Source: Acidobacteriota bacterium (lineage in GTDB: Bacteria > Acidobacteriota > CAIWXX01). Taken from it: DNA of 64,000 nt. Shown here piece after piece: positions 46,961 through 55,710 of this stretch. The notes below the pieces were generated by a model. The model searched no databases, was not told the DNA's origin, and saw only the letters and a list, made by a program, of their open reading frames with translations. The stretch covers positions 96,001 through 160,000 of the forward strand of contig JBFMAF010000023.1 in NCBI GenBank assembly GCA_040755995.1, read 5' to 3'. Each line of letters opens with the position of its first letter. The first letter of the stretch is position 1. Position numbers and translations under genes: made by a program.

Positions 46961-47269
46961 ATGCGAAGGGTCATTGACGGCAAGGTGTACGACTCGCAAC
47001 GCGCGGAACAACTGGCGGAGGCCAGCGGCGGAGGAGCGTCTGTCCGGGATTTCTCGCATTGGGATGAGACGCTGTACCGGACTCAACGCGGCGCTTACTT
47101 CATCCATGGTTCGGGCGGGCCACTGACACACTGGGCTCGACACCGCGGAAATGAAACGTCCGGTGGCGAAGGCATGCGCACCTTGACTGAGGCGCAGGCG
47201 CGGGAGTGGGTCGAGAAGTGGGCCAACGATCGGTACGAGTCAATCTTCGGTGCGACTGAGGAGGCGTAG
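46961..47269 (+). CDS. Phage-type hypothetical protein
   Basis: MRRVIDGKVYDS...ETLYRT..G.YFIHG.GGP...EAREW; GGAGG SD. Confidence 0.75.
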   Translation: MRRVIDGKVYDSQRAEQLAEASGGGASVRDFSHWDETLYRTQRGAYFIHGSGGPLTHWARHRGNETSGGEGMRTLTEAQAREWVEKWANDRYESIFGATEEA

Positions 47270-47393
47270 TCGGCGCCGGCATCGCGTCGGCGTGGTAGAC
47301 TTTGAGTAGCACGTTTCCGGGCGGATAGGTCGACGGACCGACAAGCGCGATGACTCCGACTCGCGTTTCCGCCCGGCTATCACAGTCGGAACC

Positions 47394-48017
47394 ATGCGGA
47401 GGTGGACCATGCGGAGGAAGAGCAGGGCCCGGAAAGAGCGACGAGCTCAACCCGATGTCAGCTTCACGCCATACTGTGTATCGGCTGAAGAGCGGGCAGA
47501 ACTCCACCGAAGAAAGCCCGATCGGGCCAAGCGAGCGCTTCACAAGCGCTTCATGGAGTTCGCGGGCAAGAAGCGTCTGCCGGCGCCACCAGACTACCTG
47601 AGGATCTCGGTTGAAGAGAATGTTGTGTCCTTCGGTGACCCGCCGCACGACGGCTTCATTCTGAGGGTTCACGTCTGGCTCGATCTGAACAAGCTCTCCG
47701 TTGGGCAGATCAAGCATGAGAGCACCCGGATAACCCCGTGGCGCAACCTGGTCCGTCAGTTCCACCGCGAGAATTTCTCCGAGTTCTGGAAGTGGTTACT
47801 CAGAGAGTACAGCCGAGGGACATGTGAGTGGAAGAGGAAGGCAGATGGTACATTCGAACTGGTTCGGCAGCCAAGCCTAAGAGGGCTTGCTGCCACCCTC
47901 CGAACGATGGCAGAAGATGACCCCACCATCCTGCAGGAGTTGCACGTAGAGAACCGCGGCCAGATCGACTACCGACTGCTGCGGCAGCGTCTCAGAAAGA
48001 GAGGCATCGTGAAATAG
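47394..48017 (+). CDS. Hypothetical protein
   Basis: 207-aa ORF co-oriented with the element; GGAGG precedes ATG 47409 (possible true start); family not recognised. Confidence 0.55.
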   Translation: MRRWTMRRKSRARKERRAQPDVSFTPYCVSAEERAELHRRKPDRAKRALHKRFMEFAGKKRLPAPPDYLRISVEENVVSFGDPPHDGFILRVHVWLDLNKLSVGQIKHESTRITPWRNLVRQFHRENFSEFWKWLLREYSRGTCEWKRKADGTFELVRQPSLRGLAATLRTMAEDDPTILQELHVENRGQIDYRLLRQRLRKRGIVK

Positions 48018-48144
48018 TCTGGACGCAGGGTCATTTCGGCGCATAGCGTCGCCGTTTGGGGGTCAGCGAATATGGCCCCTCAAAAGTCTTCCGCGGGGCC
48101 TTACACCAAATCCCAAGCATGCCTTAGATTCTCCCGTGGAGGTC

Positions 48145-48402
48145 ATGATGAGAACCAAAGCGGTGTTGACCCTGTTGAGCGATGACGAGCACCGTAAACT
48201 ACACGATGGCGCGCACCGTCGAGGCTTGCCCCTGAGTGCTTGGCTTCGTTCCCTTGGACTCATGGCGATTCAACATGAACGGATGCCTGCGGCCGGCAGC
48301 GGCCATCCGTCGAAAAAGAGGCCCGCAAAAGCGGGCGAGGTCGTGAACCATGGACCCGATTCTACTACGCCTGTCGAGAAGTCACAAGCGCCATCCGCGT
48401 GA
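48145..48402 (+). CDS. Ribbon-helix-helix-like DNA-binding protein
   Basis: GGAGGT SD; TKAVLTLLSDDEHRKLHDGAHRRGLPLSAWLRSL. Confidence 0.55.
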   Translation: MMRTKAVLTLLSDDEHRKLHDGAHRRGLPLSAWLRSLGLMAIQHERMPAAGSGHPSKKRPAKAGEVVNHGPDSTTPVEKSQAPSA

Positions 48403-48880
48403 ACGACCCGCCGCAAGAACCCCAGGCCGCAAGAGTCTGCACGAGATCACCACGCGGTGGAGAATCAGTCTCGGAGAGACTGTTGGAGACGTTCCGCGGC
48501 AGGAATGGGGCGACTACGAGGAGATCCGGGGGACGCATGGGATGGTCTATCGGTACTCGAATGATGGTCAAGTCCTGGCCGTCGCCAGCGAGAATACCAG
48601 GATCTTGACGAAGCTCCGGGCATTGTCAGGCGTGCGACGGTATACGCCTTGCGCCGTCCATTTCCCGCCGGCGATGCTCGATCAAGTCTGCCGGATAATC
48701 GGAGCCCGGAAACGACGCCGAATGTCGCCCGAACAACGCACCAGGATGTCTGAAATCCTTGTTAGGGCGCGACGAGAGAAGGCCAGAATCAACGAACGGG
48801 AACCGGGTAGGGGTATAGGTGCGGGTTCCTCTCGCGGATCGTTTCTAGATTCTCCTACTGCACCAAGGACTGCCACGTGA
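48350..48880 (+). CDS. Hypothetical protein
   Basis: 176-aa ORF whose stop overlaps the next start (GTGA); IIGARKRRRMSPEQR. Confidence 0.55.
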   Translation: MDPILLRLSRSHKRHPRERPAARTPGRKSLHEITTRWRISLGETVGDVPRQEWGDYEEIRGTHGMVYRYSNDGQVLAVASENTRILTKLRALSGVRRYTPCAVHFPPAMLDQVCRIIGARKRRRMSPEQRTRMSEILVRARREKARINEREPGRGIGAGSSRGSFLDSPTAPRTAT

Positions 48881-50292
48881 GCGTGAAGGTGTCGGCGGCC
48901 ATTTGGGAGAGCTTCCCCGGCCGAGGGCGGGAGCTGCTGGTGATGGTCGCGCTTGCGGACTTCGCTGACGTTGGAGGCGTGTTATGGCCGAGCCTGGCTA
49001 CCATCGCGAGGAAGGTGCGGCTCGACAGGCGATCAGCCCGGCGCGTCGTATCCGGGCTCGTGAAAGCTGGATGGGTTCGAGTGGTGGCAAACCCGCACGG
49101 TGGCAAACCTGGAACCACGCGACGCCTCCGAATTGACCTAGCACGCCTACAGACGGGGGACAAAACTGCCCCCCGTACTGCGCCATTGGGGGACGGGGGA
49201 CAAAACGACCCTAGACGGGGGGCAAAACACCCCCCCAATCCGTCAGGAACCACCAAGAGGAGTATACACAGGGGGGGTGTGGGGCCGACAGCGAAGGATG
49301 ATCGCAAATTCGATCTCAACCGGATTCCGGCTGAACTGCGCGGCCTGCAAAGATGGGTGCTGTGGAAGTTGGAGGAACGCGACGGTCGACCAGCAAAGAT
49401 GCCTTACCATTTCGCGCGTGGCCGACTGCTACCCGCGAGCTCGACCGACCCCGCGACCTGGTCGGATTTCGAAACGGCGATCAAGGCAGGGCGTAAGAGC
49501 CGCGCAGACGGCGTGGGGTTCGTCTTCGATCTGCGAGACGGATACACCGGCGTTGATTTGGACAAGTGCCGCGATCCCGAGACGGGGACACTCGAGCCGT
49601 GGGCGGCTGATATCATCAAGCGACTCGACAGCTACGCCGAAGCCTCGCAGTCGCGTGCGGGCGTCCACATCATTGTCCGAGGTAAGTTGCCCGAGGGCGG
49701 GCGTCGCAACGGCAAGATTGAGATGTATGACGCGGCGCGTTATTTCTGCATGACCGGCTGGGTGCTCGACGGCCACGACACCATTGAAGATCGCCAGGCC
49801 GAGCTTGAGGAGCTGCACCGCGAGATCTTCGAGAAGAAGGACGACGGCAGCGGCGACGCACCGCCGACTACAGCACTGGCACCGAAGACCTTGGGAGGGG
49901 CCGACCTGACCGACGATGAAGTCATCGAACGCGCTTCGAGGGCTGCAAACGGCGCGAAGTTCTCCACATTGTGGAGAGGTGACACCGCCGGATATCCCTC
50001 ACAGTCCGAGGCTGACCTTGCCCTATGCTCCATTCTCGCGTGGTGGTGCTCAGGCGACTCGGCACGGGTAGACCGGATATTCCGACGAAGCAGGCTCATG
50101 CGGCCGAAATGGGATGAGCGGCATGGCGGGCGGACGTATGGCGAGACCACGATTGAGACGGCGATCACAGGCTGTATGGAGCACAGTCCGGGTCTGGGCG
50201 GGATCTGGCGTCACACGCCCGCTCCTTCGGCCCGCTCCATTGCGAGCCCTGTGCCACAGCCGTCCGCACGCAGAATCAGGAACTTACGGTGA
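48877..50292 (+). CDS. HTH replication-initiator domain fused to an NrS-1-like primase-polymerase (no helicase)
   Basis: N-term LADFAD..G..WPSLATIARK; IPAELR..RWVLWK, STDPATWSDF, GVDLDKC, SYAEAS..GVH, IEMYD..RYF, SEADLALC, LMRPKWD, TYGETTI. Confidence 0.85.
   Translation: MSVKVSAAIWESFPGRGRELLVMVALADFADVGGVLWPSLATIARKVRLDRRSARRVVSGLVKAGWVRVVANPHGGKPGTTRRLRIDLARLQTGDKTAPRTAPLGDGGQNDPRRGAKHPPNPSGTTKRSIHRGGVGPTAKDDRKFDLNRIPAELRGLQRWVLWKLEERDGRPAKMPYHFARGRLLPASSTDPATWSDFETAIKAGRKSRADGVGFVFDLRDGYTGVDLDKCRDPETGTLEPWAADIIKRLDSYAEASQSRAGVHIIVRGKLPEGGRRNGKIEMYDAARYFCMTGWVLDGHDTIEDRQAELEELHREIFEKKDDGSGDAPPTTALAPKTLGGADLTDDEVIERASRAANGAKFSTLWRGDTAGYPSQSEADLALCSILAWWCSGDSARVDRIFRRSRLMRPKWDERHGGRTYGETTIETAITGCMEHSPGLGGIWRHTPAPSARSIASPVPQPSARRIRNLR
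49152..49236. repeat. Three iteron-like repeats inside the replication gene
   Basis: GACGGGGGACAAAAC at 49152 and 49192, GACGGGGGGCAAAAC at 49214, each followed by a C-run (semi-palindromic). Confidence 0.75.
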
Positions 50293-50415
50293 GCAACAGT
50301 TTGTACACCGACGATCACCGGCACCGACCACCTGTAAGTGTCAGATCTATCAGGTGCCCAACAGCGACGCCCCAGAATCGGCGATCGCGGAGAACCATTT
50401 GACGGAGGTAAGAGA

Positions 50416-50913
50416 ATGCCTGGAGCACAATGCACGGTGTGCAAACACCCACAGCTCACGGAGATCAACACCGCATTGGTCGAAGGTGGAACAATTCGGA
50501 ACGTGGCGAAACAGTATGGGCTGTCACCAACGGCTGTCTATCGCCACAAGAGCGAGCACATCAAGGGGGCGTTGGCCAGGGCAGCAGACGCCCGCGACCT
50601 GGCCCGGGGGAAGGACGGAGGTGACCTCTTGTCTCGCGTGCAGGCCCACGTGACCCGAATGGAGAGGCTCCAGGAAACGGTCGATGCGTTACTCGAAGAG
50701 GCCGCTGAACACCGTGGCAAGCTGGCTGCCATAAGCACAGCAACCCAGGTGAGTCGCGAGCTGAGAGGGTGCTACGAGCTGCTCGGCAACATGGTCAGCG
50801 AGCTCCGAAAGGCCGAGGCAAGCACCACCAGAAGTTACCTGGTCGAGGCGTATAGGCAATGCCTTGAGGACGACTTGGAGAAGGGAGCGGAACGACCGCA
50901 GAAAGGATCATAG
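50416..50913 (+). CDS. CxxCxH + HTH phage-type protein (possible small terminase-like)
   Basis: CTVCKHP...IRNVAKQYGLSPTAVYRHKSEH; GGAGGT SD. Confidence 0.7.
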   Translation: MPGAQCTVCKHPQLTEINTALVEGGTIRNVAKQYGLSPTAVYRHKSEHIKGALARAADARDLARGKDGGDLLSRVQAHVTRMERLQETVDALLEEAAEHRGKLAAISTATQVSRELRGCYELLGNMVSELRKAEASTTRSYLVEAYRQCLEDDLEKGAERPQKGS

Positions 50914-50917
50914 CGGA

Positions 50918-51172
50918 ATGAACACAAAGAGCCTGCTGAAACACGACCTGTTGGAGCACCTTGAGGATATCTGGGTAGAGACAACGGCGATACGGAAAGA
51001 GGCACGGGAGAAGCACGATGCCAGGAACGAGCTCGATGCGCTTGGTGTCGGCCTACAAGTGCTGGAACTGGTCGCGAAGTTGCAGGGGGAGCTTCCCGGG
51101 GACCGTCAGGAGGAGGGCCTTCGCTGGGAAGCAGTCGAATCGGAACACCAGGGTCGGAAACGAGCACACTGA
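50918..51172 (+). CDS. Hypothetical helical protein resembling the C-terminal half of the preceding protein
   Basis: DLLEHL...LELVAKLQGEL versus DLLSRV...YELLGNMVSEL. Confidence 0.55.
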   Translation: MNTKSLLKHDLLEHLEDIWVETTAIRKEAREKHDARNELDALGVGLQVLELVAKLQGELPGDRQEEGLRWEAVESEHQGRKRAH

Positions 51173-51273
51173 GTCTGGGTCGAGATGGCCAACGCGAGAG
51201 CGGGCGAGGGACGCGCCAGGTCTAGCATGGGGGTAAACGCCGTGACGAAGGACCTTCGGCCAGGGCGTGAAAC

Positions 51274-51762
51274 ATGGTGATCCTGGTCGACTCCCGCGAG
51301 CAGGCGCCCTACACCTTCGCGCCCTACGGCGCCGCGCCGGCAACCGCGACCTTGCCGGCGGGAGACTACAGTCTCGGGGGCTTCGCCGATCGCGTGGGAG
51401 TCGAGAGGAAGGAACTTGACGACCTGGTCGCGTGTCTCATTGGCACCAACCGCGAGCGATTCGAGCGGGAGCTACAGCGTCTCTCTCGCTACGAGCTCGC
51501 GGCCGTGGTGGTCGAGGCGACGCTCGAGGACGTCCGCCAGGGGCGCTACCGATCGCAGATGAATGGGCACGCCGCGGCTCAGAGCATTCTCGCCTTCGAG
51601 GTGCGCTACCGCGTGCCGTTCCTGTTCTGTGGCGATCGCGACGGCGCCGAGTACGTGACCTATTCGCTCCTGGCGAAGTACGCCCGGGAGATCAGCGAGC
51701 GATACAGGGCGCTGGTCAAGGCGGAGCGGGAAGCGGGCGCGGCCGTGGGGATGACGGCATGA
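51274..51762 (+). CDS. Stand-alone ERCC4-domain nuclease
   Basis: VDSREQ, GDYS, VERKELDDL, RFEREL, VVVE. Confidence 0.9.
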   Translation: MVILVDSREQAPYTFAPYGAAPATATLPAGDYSLGGFADRVGVERKELDDLVACLIGTNRERFERELQRLSRYELAAVVVEATLEDVRQGRYRSQMNGHAAAQSILAFEVRYRVPFLFCGDRDGAEYVTYSLLAKYAREISERYRALVKAEREAGAAVGMTA

Positions 51763-52052
51763 ACGTTGAGATTAGCCTGAGCGACGCTGATGTCAACCGC
51801 ATCGCGGATGCGCTGGAGCAGAGGCGCAAGGCGCGAGAGCCCAACGACGGCGAACGCCTGCTCACCGTCGCGACGCTCGCAGAGTATCTCAGCGTCAAGC
51901 CCGAGTGGGTGTACGAGCGGACGCATGGTCACGAGATACCCTACTTCAAGGTCGGCAAGTTCCCACGGTTTCGGAAGAGCGAGATAGACAAGTGGCTCGC
52001 CTCGCAGTCGCGGGCGTGCACGGGGAGTGTCAACCTCCGCCGGATCAAGTGA
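51759..52052 (+). CDS. Excisionase-family HTH protein
   Basis: LLTVATLAEYLSVKPEWVY...IPYFKVGKFPRFRKSEIDKWL; ATGA overlap. Confidence 0.88.
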   Translation: MNVEISLSDADVNRIADALEQRRKAREPNDGERLLTVATLAEYLSVKPEWVYERTHGHEIPYFKVGKFPRFRKSEIDKWLASQSRACTGSVNLRRIK

Positions 52053-52207
52053 GACCCTCGGTTTGTATAGCCAGAGTGCCGGGCCTAACCTACTGACAGG
52101 CAAGCGGAATTGACGGCATTGTACAGTGAGTGTGCAGTCTCCAGAGGTTCCGAGGGCTTGACAGAACTTATAAATTGTCTTATATCTTGTCTGGAGGTAG
52201 TGAAACA

Positions 52208-52447
52208 GTGAAACAGCAGATCAGACCCGAACAGATCAAACTGCTTCGTGAGCGTCTCGGGCTCACACAGGAACAGCTTGCGCATGAGCTGGGCGTCACC
52301 TTCTACTCCGTCAACCGATGGGAGAACGGCGCCGTCAAACCGTCTCCCCTGGCGGTCTCGGCAATCCGCAACTTCGCGATCGCACACGGCGTGAACGTCG
52401 ACACGATCGGCCCTGTGGTGAAGATGCCCAGGGCACGGAGGAAGTGA
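52208..52447 (+). CDS. XRE-family HTH regulator
   Basis: LRERLGLTQEQLAHELGVTFYSVNRWENG; GGAGGT SD; TTGACA at 52158 upstream. Confidence 0.88.
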   Translation: MKQQIRPEQIKLLRERLGLTQEQLAHELGVTFYSVNRWENGAVKPSPLAVSAIRNFAIAHGVNVDTIGPVVKMPRARRK

Positions 52448-52448
52448 C

Positions 52449-53522
52449 ATGGGCGAGGAACAACGCGAGAAGCACCGCGGTATATACAGACGGGAAGGCT
52501 CGCCGTATCTCTGGCTCAGGTACGCGGACGCGCAGGGCAAGATGAGGTTCGAGTCTGCCGGAACTACGAGCATGAGGAAGGCTATCTCCCTGCTTGCCGA
52601 CAAGAGGCATGCCGTGGGCAAGGGAGAAGAACCGAGCCCCGAACGAGTAGCACGGAACGTGCTCTTCTCCGAGCTGGCGGACAAGTTCCTCGAATGGGCT
52701 CCACGTCTTCGATCATTCGATTCTGTGAAGTACAGAGTCTCGGAACTGACGCAGGAGTTCGGCAGTTGGCCCGTGCGGTCGATTCGAGTCGCCGACGTTG
52801 AGGCGTGGATGACGCGGAAGCAGTCAACCGGCGTGCGGCCGGCGACCACGAACCGCCTTCTGTCAGTTTTCAAGCGCATGCTCGCGAAGGGCGAAATGTG
52901 GAACACGGTAATGCACAGTCAACTTGACGTGATCAGGAAGGTGAAGCCGCTACCCGGCGAGGAAGAGCGTGAGCGATACATGTCCTACGAAGAGGAAGAC
53001 AGACTGCTCGCGGTCGCAAGCCCGCATCTCCGCGAGGTGATACAAGTCGCCGTGCACACCGGCTTGAGGCGTGGTGAGCTGCTCGCGTTGAAGTGGGAAG
53101 ACGTGGACCTTGAGAGAAGCTTCCTCCGCGTTCGGACATCAAAGAACGACAGGCCGCGTTCGGTTCCGCTTGATGGAGACGTGAAGGCGGTCCTGTCCGC
53201 GATGCTGTCACGGAGACGCTTGGACGTTTCCGATGTATTCACCTACAAGGGTCGAGGCGGGATCAAGGGTATCAAGACAGCGTGGAACAAGGCATGTAGG
53301 AAGGCCGGCATCAGCGATCTTCACTTCCATGATCTGAGGCACACCTTCGCGAGCCGGCTCGTCCAGGCTGGCGTGAGCCTGTACGCGGTCGCCAAGCTGC
53401 TAGGTCACAGCAAGGCGACGAGGGTCACGGAGCGATACGCGCATCTCGCGCCGGAAGGTCTCGCCGAAGATGTGAAGGTCCTGGAGCGCAGGAACGGGGC
53501 GGCGTTGAGACTGGCGAAGTGA
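52449..53522 (+). CDS. Phage-type tyrosine integrase
   Basis: TGLRRGEL, SKN, HDLRHTFAS, LLGHS, RYAH. Confidence 0.95.
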   Translation: MGEEQREKHRGIYRREGSPYLWLRYADAQGKMRFESAGTTSMRKAISLLADKRHAVGKGEEPSPERVARNVLFSELADKFLEWAPRLRSFDSVKYRVSELTQEFGSWPVRSIRVADVEAWMTRKQSTGVRPATTNRLLSVFKRMLAKGEMWNTVMHSQLDVIRKVKPLPGEEERERYMSYEEEDRLLAVASPHLREVIQVAVHTGLRRGELLALKWEDVDLERSFLRVRTSKNDRPRSVPLDGDVKAVLSAMLSRRRLDVSDVFTYKGRGGIKGIKTAWNKACRKAGISDLHFHDLRHTFASRLVQAGVSLYAVAKLLGHSKATRVTERYAHLAPEGLAEDVKVLERRNGAALRLAK

Positions 53523-53595
53523 GTCTCACTAGACACCAGGTGTACACTGGTCACAGGTCTTATAGGATGTGGTCGCCGGAAGTACTTGAAAGGAA

Positions 53596-53670
53596 TGGTG
53601 GGCGGTACAGGGTTCGAACCTGTGGCCCCCGGCGTGTAAGACCAGTGCTCTACCGCTGAGCTAACCGCCC
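53596..53670 (-). tRNA. tRNA-Val (anticodon TAC)
   Basis: GGGCGGTTAGCTCAGCGGTAGAGCACTGGTCT-TAC-ACGCCGGGGGCCACAGGTTCGAACCCTGTACCGCCCACCA: cloverleaf, GTTCGAA T-loop, CCA end. Confidence 0.95.
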
Positions 53671-53714
53671 GCGCACGGTGGTATTGTCATCCACGCTGAG
53701 AGACGTGTCAATCG

Positions 53715-54584
53715 CTACCTCGCACCCGCATCGGTGACCATGCCGAGAGATGGGTTGCACCTGCGGGGTCGTTTGAAGCCGGCGGCCCGGAGCAGCGCCG
53801 CACAGATCAGCACGATGCCGAAGGTCACAACGATCGCAGCGCCGGTGGGAAGGTCCAGCCAGAAGCTGGCGGCAATCCCGAGCGTACTGACGACGGTGCC
53901 TGTGACCCAGCCGATCGCCAGCCTGCATCCGATCCGCTCGGCGAACAGCATCGCGGTCACCGAAGGGACGATCAGGTAGGAGAATACGAGCAGCACGCCC
54001 GCGATTGCTACCGATGAGGTCACCACGAAGCCAAACGAAACATAAAACAGGAAGTCCCAGAAGCGGACGGCGATGCCTTCCCTTTCCGCCGCATCCGCGT
54101 CCATCGAGATCTTCAGGAATTGCTTTCGGAACACCCAATGAAACAGGCCGATTGCGGCATACAGACCCGCTGTCTTCCAGACCTCGGGCCACGAAACCAC
54201 CAGGATGTTGCCAACCAACATGTCCTTGATGTGCTCCGCTCCCTCCGGCGCCTTGCTCATCGCCAGAATCGCCGCCGCCGCGCTCACGGCGTAGGTGATC
54301 CCGATGAATGCTTCCTGAGGGATCTTCCCCTGGTGCATGCGAGTCAGCGCGAACAGCGCGGCGCCGAGGAAGGTGAAGCCCAGTGAGAACCAGTAGCTCC
54401 CCGGGCCATGCAGCGCAAACCCCATCAGGAAGCCGATCGTGGTCCCGAAGGCGGCGATCTGGGCGAGGGCGAGGTCGACGAAGATTACCCCGCGCTCCAC
54501 CACGTGCACTCCGAGATAGGCGTGTATCCCCGTGAGGATCAGGCTGGCGATGAACGGCGCAAGCAGAAACTGCAGAATGTCCAT
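53715..54584 (-). CDS. Metal ABC transporter permease (ZnuB/MntB-like)
   Basis: GVHVVERGVIFVDLALAQ, GVLLVFSYLIVP, DLPTGA. Confidence 0.9.
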   Translation of the reverse strand: MDILQFLLAPFIASLILTGIHAYLGVHVVERGVIFVDLALAQIAAFGTTIGFLMGFALHGPGSYWFSLGFTFLGAALFALTRMHQGKIPQEAFIGITYAVSAAAAILAMSKAPEGAEHIKDMLVGNILVVSWPEVWKTAGLYAAIGLFHWVFRKQFLKISMDADAAEREGIAVRFWDFLFYVSFGFVVTSSVAIAGVLLVFSYLIVPSVTAMLFAERIGCRLAIGWVTGTVVSTLGIAASFWLDLPTGAAIVVTFGIVLICAALLRAAGFKRPRRCNPSLGMVTDAGAR

Positions 54585-54598
54585 GTGTCTCCCCGTCT

Positions 54599-54621
54599 GT
54601 AGGGGCGAGCGGTGCTCGCCC
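54599..54621. repeat. REP-like palindrome
   Basis: GTAG + GGGCGAGC-GGT-GCTCGCCC, intergenic. Confidence 0.65.
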
Positions 54622-54744
54622 CCCTCTTCTTCAATTCAATCCACTTCCTCGGGTATCGAGGTTGTGAGGCAAGTGACGCCGACTCCCGAGAGTCATCGAG
54701 TCGGAGCGGCGATGCGCAGCCCGCCCTGTTCATCTCTGCTACAG

Positions 54745-55695
54745 TCAAGCCGCCGGCCTGGGCGGCTTGTACCCCGTCTCGGCGAACGCCTTCGTAAGCA
54801 GCGCGAGATCGTAGTCGAAGAGCCCGATGTAGTCCTTGATCTGGTCGTTCCCACCAACCGACGGGGGCATGACCACGACACGGGCTCCCGTCTCACGCGC
54901 GATGGCGTTGGGGGTCTGCAGGTCGAAGTAGGGCTCGATGAGGATGACTTTGATCCCTCTTTCTCTCATTGTCCGGATCAGCTCCAGAGTGTGCGCGGGC
55001 GAAGGCGGCACCCCGGGCTTTGGTTCGACATAGCCGGCAACCCGCAGATTGAAGCGCTTCGCGAAGTTGGGCCAGGAGTTGTGGTACGTGACGATCTCCG
55101 CTCCGGCATAGGGCCTCATCATCTCGACCCACTCGGCCGTCTTCTGATCGAGCTGTTTCAGGAAGGAGTCGAGCCGTCCCTGGAAGAACGCCGCATCGTT
55201 GGGCTGCAGCGATGAGAGCTTCGCGGCGATCGAGCGAGCGATCGCCCTGCCGTTCTCGGGCTCGAGCCAGTAGTGCGGATTACCCAGCGGGTGTACGTCG
55301 CCCTCGGCGCGGGACACCGCGCCGGCCGGTCGTTCGAGTATCTCGCACCCTTGCGAGACGTCGAGGTAGCCGGTGCCGAGGAGCTTCGGGTTGCGGCACT
55401 GTTGAACGAGAGACGTCAGCCAGCCGACTTCGAGCTCCAGCCCAACGGCGATGAGCAGATCGGCGGTCCGGAGCTTCAACAGGTAACTGGGCTTCGGATC
55501 GACGAAGTGCGGATCCTGGTAGCCTTTGCAGATCGCCGTGACCTCGGCTTTGTCACCGGCAATTGTAGTGGCGATCGACGCCAGATCCTCGGTGGTAGTT
55601 ACTATCGACAGCTTCGCCCACGCCGACGCCGGCGTGGCGATGGCGAGCACGATTGCCATGAGATGCTTCAATTCTTGCCTCCTGCGACTGAGCAT
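54745..55695 (-). CDS. Metal ABC transporter substrate-binding protein (ZnuA/TroA family)
   Basis: QDPHF, GDVHPLGNPHYWL, YHNSW, EPKPGVPPSPAH. Confidence 0.92.
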   Translation of the reverse strand: MLSRRRQELKHLMAIVLAIATPASAWAKLSIVTTTEDLASIATTIAGDKAEVTAICKGYQDPHFVDPKPSYLLKLRTADLLIAVGLELEVGWLTSLVQQCRNPKLLGTGYLDVSQGCEILERPAGAVSRAEGDVHPLGNPHYWLEPENGRAIARSIAAKLSSLQPNDAAFFQGRLDSFLKQLDQKTAEWVEMMRPYAGAEIVTYHNSWPNFAKRFNLRVAGYVEPKPGVPPSPAHTLELIRTMRERGIKVILIEPYFDLQTPNAIARETGARVVVMPPSVGGNDQIKDYIGLFDYDLALLTKAFAETGYKPPRPAA

Positions 55696-55710
55696 GTCTG
55701 AAATCTGAAA

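Larger units (their letters stand above)
46706..53644. mobile_element. ~6.9 kb integrase-encoding element (satellite-like) inserted in tRNA-Val
   Basis: Identical 49-bp direct repeats at 46706-46754 and 53596-53644 (3' part of the tRNA); integrase next to the tRNA; xis, XRE and primase-polymerase genes. Confidence 0.92.

Noticed and set aside
48313..48336. Minus-strand intrinsic terminator (GCCCGC-TTTT-GCGGGC then a T-run)
   Set aside because: Short stem inside a plus-strand ORF with no supported minus-strand transcript
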